64,000 nt of DNA, taken from contig JAYRIP010000004.1 of NCBI GenBank assembly GCA_041906765.1, forward strand, positions 68,223-132,222, in the 5' to 3' direction. A model generated the notes under the pieces. It was not told the origin of the DNA, ran no database searches, and was given only the letters and a program-made list of their open reading frames with translations. The position numbers were made by a program, and so were the translations under genes. The DNA comes from Candidatus Saccharimonadales bacterium (GTDB lineage: Bacteria > Patescibacteriota > Saccharimonadia > Saccharimonadales > JAYRRP01). Positions 58,462-64,000 of the stretch are shown in pieces (the stretch's first letter is position 1; each line of letters opens with the position of its first letter).

Positions 58462-58512
58462 TTCAGGTTATTATACTTGAGTCCTAAGTTTGCTGTCAGC
58501 TTTTCATTATGC

Positions 58513-59025
58513 TCAAAACGGCAGCGAGGTGAGGCTCACAAAGTTATTATTTATTGGCAGCACTAACTGATCATAGTGACCGGCAATTCCATGCAACTCA
58601 CTCAACGATTCAGTACGTTCATCAAACAGGTCAGGCAGGAGCGGTTCAAGCATAAGGCCAAGCCCGTGGTCTTGCCATCTGTCTACACTATCAGGATGTG
58701 CCTGTAGCTTATTCTCTGGTAATTGATCCAAAAATGGTGTCACGACCACAGTGCGAAGCTCGCCGAATCCGGTTATTTCGTGGACAATTTTAGTATCAGT
58801 TGACGCATTTTCCATTGCGTAAAAACCACTAAAGAAAAGTAGTCTCTCGCCGAATTGTCGATAGGCATAGTCAGATGCCCCTCGAACCATGGCTTCTTCT
58901 GTTTTTCCCTCTACAAATGGTAAAGAGGCGTAGATCTCAAAGAAATCTCGGGCCATATCTTCTAATTCAGATAAATCATGCGCATCCTGCAAAAGCGCAT
59001 CTTGCAGTAACATTGGCTCCATCAC
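58513..59025 (-). CDS. Acidic hypothetical protein
   Basis: 170-aa ORF with TATAAT upstream. Confidence 0.55.
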   Translation of the reverse strand: MMEPMLLQDALLQDAHDLSELEDMARDFFEIYASLPFVEGKTEEAMVRGASDYAYRQFGERLLFFSGFYAMENASTDTKIVHEITGFGELRTVVVTPFLDQLPENKLQAHPDSVDRWQDHGLGLMLEPLLPDLFDERTESLSELHGIAGHYDQLVLPINNNFVSLTSLPF

Positions 59026-59098
59026 TCATCGCATTATATCGTACTGTTTAAAATTAGGTAGGACTACCCCTTCCCCATTGAGCTTGTGATCATTTACC

Positions 59099-59749
59099 CT
59101 ATTGCACAAAGTACCTGGACCAATTATTCCAGAGTTCTTCTGTCGACGGCAGAAATGAAGCGGCAACGACAAAGGGAAAAATTCCTGGCATTTTATAGTC
59201 ATAATTTTTTTCAAACCACTGGTACATTGTGGTTTGACGATGAGACGCCTCATCTTTGAAATGGATGTTTTGCATATCAGCAAAAACCGTGCGCTGCATC
59301 GAAAATCCATATATTGCCGGTTTATTACCGGAGGGTTTATATAGGCAAAAAGCTGCCATGGTTCGTAACGTTTTCCTTGCTGTGATTTCTGCCATCTGTG
59401 TACGCAGCTTTTCAAGAATTATCGGTTGATGAATCTCCATGAGTTTATCTTTGTACGGCATGACAAGCTGGTCATAGCCCCCTATAAAGTCATCTACTTC
59501 TGTATGCCGCAGAGGAATAGTCCGGTTGGGCGAATAGATGATCTTCTGTACAATGTCGTCACTGCTATCGTGGTGACCATTGAGGTAGACTGCCCCTATG
59601 AGCGGGCGGGGATAAGAGTATAGCAAGGGATATTTTTCAGATGGAACTCCCTCGATCTTAAATTCTTCAACATTACCTGTTTCGGCATAAATCCCCTGTG
59701 CATTCCGTCGCTCAAGATTAGGCGTAATGTCAATGATGTTTTCTGACAT
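59099..59749 (-). CDS. Hypothetical protein
   Basis: ORF with likely start MSENII just after TATAAT. Confidence 0.6.
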   Translation of the reverse strand: MSENIIDITPNLERRNAQGIYAETGNVEEFKIEGVPSEKYPLLYSYPRPLIGAVYLNGHHDSSDDIVQKIIYSPNRTIPLRHTEVDDFIGGYDQLVMPYKDKLMEIHQPIILEKLRTQMAEITARKTLRTMAAFCLYKPSGNKPAIYGFSMQRTVFADMQNIHFKDEASHRQTTMYQWFEKNYDYKMPGIFPFVVAASFLPSTEELWNNWSRYFVQ

Positions 59750-59806
59750 GTACATCATTATATGACAGCCGCCGCAAATCGAGAGAAACATCCATGAGAC
59801 AAACGG

Positions 59807-60445
59807 CTATATACGCTCCAGCATATCGGTATTCCGCCGAATAAAAGTTTCGGCATCCGCCACTAAAGTGGTGCTGTCCAACTCATCGGCCGTTTTCCCG
59901 ACTTGGGATATGTAAAGCGTCTCCTTAAATATCTCCAAATTATAGCCTTTACAAAAATCAACCAGTCGCTGCATATTTGCCGGTTCTAGGACTTGCCGAA
60001 GCTCAACCTGTCTACCTGGCGTACAAAACACCTGAAAATATTTGGGGAAATCACCTTCCAATTCGGCTGGCTCCAGCAAATTATTTGACACTTTTTCTGC
60101 TAATAATTTCAAAAGCAGGCTATTTTCCCCTACCGCCACGATGTGCAGGTTGGTATTACGCGGCAATGCTATCAGTAGCATGACATTACCGGCCGAGTTC
60201 GTTAATAAATTATAGGAGTGGCCTGCTATTTTCCCTTTGGCCATTGATTGGCTGGAATCATTTAACTGCTGGGAGGAAATCACTGGATCATCATAGTGGT
60301 TGGCAACAATTATAGGTGTCACTTTATAATGCCAATAAATTGCCCTCAGCAACAAATATAATCCAAAAATACTGAGAATTATGAGTAACGGAGGTAGATC
60401 ATTTGAATTGCCATATGAAGGGATATTATTATAGTATCCACTCAT
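59807..60445 (-). CDS. Single-TM hypothetical protein (DUF3137-like tail)
   Basis: TM followed by LEGDFPKYFQVFC..LEP. Confidence 0.65.
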   Translation of the reverse strand: MSGYYNNIPSYGNSNDLPPLLIILSIFGLYLLLRAIYWHYKVTPIIVANHYDDPVISSQQLNDSSQSMAKGKIAGHSYNLLTNSAGNVMLLIALPRNTNLHIVAVGENSLLLKLLAEKVSNNLLEPAELEGDFPKYFQVFCTPGRQVELRQVLEPANMQRLVDFCKGYNLEIFKETLYISQVGKTADELDSTTLVADAETFIRRNTDMLERI

Positions 60446-60448
60446 TTC

Positions 60449-61819
60449 TCAGATAGTCAGCACACTTGGTAGCTCATCTACTTTGATGCGTTTTTGCTCG
60501 GTAGTGTCACGGTCTCGTACCGTTACGGTATTGTCTTCGAGCGTCTGAAAATCAACAGTCACACAATACGGTGTACCAATTTCATCCTGCCGGCGATACC
60601 GTTTCCCAATATTGCCGTTGTCATCCCACATGACAAACGTATGGCTTTTTCGTAGTGCAGCGTAAACTGTCTTAGCCTTAGCAATAAGCTCCGGTTTATT
60701 TTTCAGAAGTGGAAACACGGCTATTTTCACTGGCGCTAACTGCCGGGGCAGTTTCAAATAAATCCTCTGCTCCCCATTTACTTCATCGGTCGTATAGGCA
60801 TTTGAAAGTACCGCTAATATATGACGGTCCAATCCAAATGTCGGTTCAATCACGTGAGGAATAAACGGCTGCGAGCCATCCTTTGGTCGATATTCCATAC
60901 TTTTACCAGAGTGCTCTTGGTGATTTTTAAGATCAAAATCTGTACGATAAGCCAGCCCTGTAATCTCTTGGAAACCTAAGGATGGAAATTCATAATAGCA
61001 ATCTATGGTACGTGTGCTGTAGTGAGCGCGATCCTCCGAAGGCACTTCATGCTCTTTGATTTTGTCTTCGTCCAATCCAATTTGCCGAAACCATCTGTGC
61101 ATATCAATCCGCCATTTTTCAAAGTATTTCTGCCAACTTTCAGGTTGTACAAAATACTCGAATTCCATAATCTCAAGTTCTCGTACTCGAAAGATGAAAT
61201 TGCCTGGGCTAATCTCATTCCTAAAGCTCCGTCCGATTTGAGCTATACCAAAGGGTATATTCGGATAGAAGCTATCAACGATGTTATTAAAGTTCGTAAA
61301 CATTCCTTGAGCAGTTTCTGGGCGAAGATATGTCAGCGAGTCCTCGCTCTCCACCGGCCCGATATGTGTTTGAAACATCATATTGAATTGTGCAGGCGCG
61401 CCAAGTTCATTACCTTCAGGGCTCTTGATATTTTTGTCTTTAATAACTCGTGCCATTTGCTCCAAACTCAAAGAGTCAACGTTTTGAACGCCGTTTTCTT
61501 CGAGCAAATGGTCTAAACGATACCGTCTTTTTGTCTTTACATCTTCAATAAGCGGATCATGAAAGGTTTCGGTGTGTCCAGATGCCCGCCAAACCTCAGA
61601 GTTCATTAAGATGGCAGTATCAACTTGATACATATCATCCCAACCGTCGACGAAAAATCGTAGCCACTCATTAACAATATTACGCTTGAGAAGTGTTCCA
61701 AGCGGTCCATAATCCCAAGCGCCAGCTAAGCCGCCGTAAATCTCTGATCCTTGATAAATAAAACCGCGTCGCTTTGCGAGACTTACCAAGTCTTCAAGCG
61801 TGGTATTTTGTTTTTCCAT
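60449..61819 (-). CDS. glyQS: Glycine--tRNA ligase, alpha2 (dimeric) type
   Basis: KRRGF...EIYGG, LRPETAQG, FRNEISP, HVIEP, IGKRYRRQDEIGTP. Confidence 0.96.
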   Translation of the reverse strand: MEKQNTTLEDLVSLAKRRGFIYQGSEIYGGLAGAWDYGPLGTLLKRNIVNEWLRFFVDGWDDMYQVDTAILMNSEVWRASGHTETFHDPLIEDVKTKRRYRLDHLLEENGVQNVDSLSLEQMARVIKDKNIKSPEGNELGAPAQFNMMFQTHIGPVESEDSLTYLRPETAQGMFTNFNNIVDSFYPNIPFGIAQIGRSFRNEISPGNFIFRVRELEIMEFEYFVQPESWQKYFEKWRIDMHRWFRQIGLDEDKIKEHEVPSEDRAHYSTRTIDCYYEFPSLGFQEITGLAYRTDFDLKNHQEHSGKSMEYRPKDGSQPFIPHVIEPTFGLDRHILAVLSNAYTTDEVNGEQRIYLKLPRQLAPVKIAVFPLLKNKPELIAKAKTVYAALRKSHTFVMWDDNGNIGKRYRRQDEIGTPYCVTVDFQTLEDNTVTVRDRDTTEQKRIKVDELPSVLTI

Positions 61820-61873
61820 TCTCTTAAGTATCAGCAATTTGTTTACAAGAATCAAGCCACCGTCGTTACCAAC

Positions 61874-62437
61874 TTAATCTTCTGATTCTTTCTCAGTGCC
61901 GTTACGCCTCGCCTTTTTTATTAAACCGTTCATTATACCCTGCAGCTCCTGAGCCTCAATTTCCCCTACTAATCCGTGGAAGAGTTCAGGCGTGACGGTG
62001 CTATCATTTGGCCCGGTTGATCTTTTCCAATAGATTTGGGGTTTATCGCTGCTCGTAGTTTCCAGCAGATACATAAGGTATTGTTTACCTTCTTCATGCT
62101 TTGCAATCAGTTGAGGCAATCCATCAACTGCAAGTTCAGCCACATCATACTCATCTTCACTGGTAAGCCGCTGAAGCATTAATTTGGCATTCCAGCCATA
62201 TTCGTATGGGTCGTCCGGCACGTGCAACGCCAGCATGGTATCGTCTTCCGGACCAATATACTCAATCAGTGTACGTATAGGCGAGTCAAAACCCGGTAGA
62301 TAAATTGGGCTTGCATAGTAGTGGCGTTTTCCCAATAAGACACATGAATCGGCCAGCAAATCGTAAGTCTCCTCTGTCACTGGAGGGGCGAGCTCATTAC
62401 TGGCATACACAAATAACTCAGATTCTGGCGAGGACAT
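61874..62437 (-). CDS. Acidic hypothetical protein
   Basis: 187-aa ORF with GAGGT SD. Confidence 0.6.
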   Translation of the reverse strand: MSSPESELFVYASNELAPPVTEETYDLLADSCVLLGKRHYYASPIYLPGFDSPIRTLIEYIGPEDDTMLALHVPDDPYEYGWNAKLMLQRLTSEDEYDVAELAVDGLPQLIAKHEEGKQYLMYLLETTSSDKPQIYWKRSTGPNDSTVTPELFHGLVGEIEAQELQGIMNGLIKKARRNGTEKESED

Positions 62438-62504
62438 ATTATTACCTCATTACAAATAACAATTAATTTTAATATTATTACCCTGTTTTGAAATATTTAC
62501 AAAT

Positions 62505-63185
62505 TTACAGTCGAACAAACCCTTTGCCCACGTATCGTACTAATTCGAGACAGTCGTTGGCTACAGGTTCTACGTTCTGGATCCGGCAGAGCGTAAATGG
62601 TGAAGAAACAGCGGCAGCCATACGCAAAAGCTTGATATGGTTTGGCCTGTACTGTCCGCTGGCATCCGGCCGAAAAGCCATCGCCTCACCTATTTCAAAC
62701 TTATAGCGGCTAGCGGTTGTTCGGCGCACATGCAAGGAAGGCAAATGTCCGCTGAGTTTTAGGAATTGTAGCCAAAACCACAAACCAATTAAGTCGCTGT
62801 CCAACGACTCGTCATTCAGCGCAACAAGCGTTGCATGCAACATATCATAGTACTCTTGTCCACCTGCACCTTCCGTCGCTCGGTCAATAGTTTTTAGAGC
62901 CTCATAACCTAGCCGCATACGATCTGTATCCTTAATAATATTGCCAAAATGAGAAGCGAGCCTTGAAGAAATCAGAGTATATATTTCTCCACGTCCTTTC
63001 ATGAGGGTAATATTACTAACACTGAAAAGCTCGATGCCACCGGCGAGTTTGCTTTTAGTCCTCCTCACCCCTTTTGCAATCAACCTCAACTTGCCAAGGT
63101 CTGGGGTGATAGCAACTAATATGCGATCTGCTTCAGCGAAATTAATACGCGATAATACAATCGCCGAGGTAACTATTTTGTTCAT
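62505..63185 (-). CDS. recO: DNA repair protein RecO
   Basis: AIVL...F.EADRI...T...GK...AKGVRR..SKL.G..ELF; ATGA overlap with the upstream gene. Confidence 0.92.
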   Translation of the reverse strand: MNKIVTSAIVLSRINFAEADRILVAITPDLGKLRLIAKGVRRTKSKLAGGIELFSVSNITLMKGRGEIYTLISSRLASHFGNIIKDTDRMRLGYEALKTIDRATEGAGGQEYYDMLHATLVALNDESLDSDLIGLWFWLQFLKLSGHLPSLHVRRTTASRYKFEIGEAMAFRPDASGQYRPNHIKLLRMAAAVSSPFTLCRIQNVEPVANDCLELVRYVGKGFVRL

Positions 63186-63556
63186 GCCGCCTGACACTCA
63201 GCTGCTATCATACTAAGCAATTGGCTGAGTTTAGTGCGCGGTTTATAGTAGTAGCTCGCGTTCAGGCGTTGCCACTGTGCATTGCGTGTAATTGTTGCTT
63301 TTGGCAAGTGGCCAAGCACAAATACAGGGATATCGCGACAATCACGATATGAACGTAGCTCATAAAGAAATTCAACGCCATTATGCAAGGGTGCATCAAG
63401 CTCAACGATAATTACATCTGGTAGTTTTTGGTCAACTGCCGCAATAGCCGGCTGCGCAGTAGTTTCCCACCTCACCCGGTGACCATTAATCTGCAAAGCA
63501 TGGGTATAAATCTTCCCCAAGATAACATCTGGTTCAACCAGTAACACATCAGCCAT
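63182..63556 (-). CDS. Atypical stand-alone receiver domain protein
   Basis: VLLVEPD, PDVIIVEL, NGVEFL, YYYKP; phospho-Asp position is Glu. Confidence 0.8.
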   Translation of the reverse strand: MADVLLVEPDVILGKIYTHALQINGHRVRWETTAQPAIAAVDQKLPDVIIVELDAPLHNGVEFLYELRSYRDCRDIPVFVLGHLPKATITRNAQWQRLNASYYYKPRTKLSQLLSMIAAECQAA

Positions 63557-63559
63557 GAT

Positions 63560-64000
63560 TCAGACGAGACTTAGTTGGCGGGCCGGTGCAAATGTCGCAG
63601 CCAAACCGGTTAATTTTTGGTGTTGTGCTACCCTCAAGCCACCTGACATATGCGCCAGTAATGCATCAGCTAAGTATACTGCTGCACCGCTACTGGCGGA
63701 ATACTGTGGAAGTGGCCGTCTCACGTTCCCCAGTAGTGCCTTTCCTCTCTGTAACATCTGCATAGCAAGTGGCGTTTCCGTTGCGGTAAATAAACCAGCA
63801 ACCGTCCCACCCCGACTTCGGTGGGAACCTAATTTAACCGACGGACGCCTTTTACCTGATTCAGTAGCTTGAGCTTCGATGAAGACATTACCAAGTGATA
63901 GTAAAGCTGCCTGCAAACTGCGTCGGTGTATTAATACCGGCTCGGTGCGTCCCCTCACATGTAGTTCTATGTCGCAATTATATTGTCGTCCCAAAGGAGA
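63560..64000 (-). CDS. C-terminus of a degenerate histidine-kinase-like protein (5'-truncated by window edge)
   Basis: HATPase-like remnants (ALLSLGNVFI; SSGAAVYLADALL..M.G.L); frame open to window end. Confidence 0.5.
   Translation of the reverse strand, partial: SPLGRQYNCDIELHVRGRTEPVLIHRRSLQAALLSLGNVFIEAQATESGKRRPSVKLGSHRSRGGTVAGLFTATETPLAMQMLQRGKALLGNVRRPLPQYSASSGAAVYLADALLAHMSGGLRVAQHQKLTGLAATFAPARQLSLV

Noticed and set aside
1-64000. CRISPR arrays, rRNA, IS transposases, prophage genes; numerous antisense shadow ORFs
   Set aside because: No regularly spaced repeats or diagnostic proteins seen; shadow ORFs overlap well-supported genes and carry no motifs

Overview
Chromosomal segment of a small-genome bacterium. 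Gene content points to Candidatus Saccharibacteria (TM7, Patescibacteria/CPR); this is an inference from the alpha2-type GlyRS, the sigma-4/HARE-HTH protein after topA, a reduced dcw cluster, a sortase and DUF3048. The housekeeping backbone includes guaB (partial), xth, gltX, umuD/umuC-like genes, der, pth, tgt with a Q-precursor transporter, dprA, topA, the dcw genes mraZ-rsmH-ftsL-ftsI-mraY-ftsW-murG-ftsQ, glyQS and recO. Three tRNA genes are present: Ser-GGA, Leu-CAA and Glu-CTC. Each has accessory, AT-richer or decayed DNA at its 3' side. I see no CRISPR array, rRNA, integrase or transposase. The most interesting unexplained items are: (1) a ~380-nt structured non-coding unit with its own consensus promoter and terminator (42711-43130, minus strand); (2) an AT-rich island at tRNA-Leu encoding a GreA-like protein divergent from an NMP-kinase/methyltransferase/CYTH operon; (3) a palindromic dif-like site where gene orientation converges; (4) a hairpin-rich element splitting a duplicated tRNA-Glu 3' end; (5) unannotated micro-ORFs and AAAAAC-rich leaders in the dcw cluster; (6) a UmuD lacking its catalytic Lys; (7) pervasive leaderless-type promoters. 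All family calls come from motif recognition by eye; no database searches were run.
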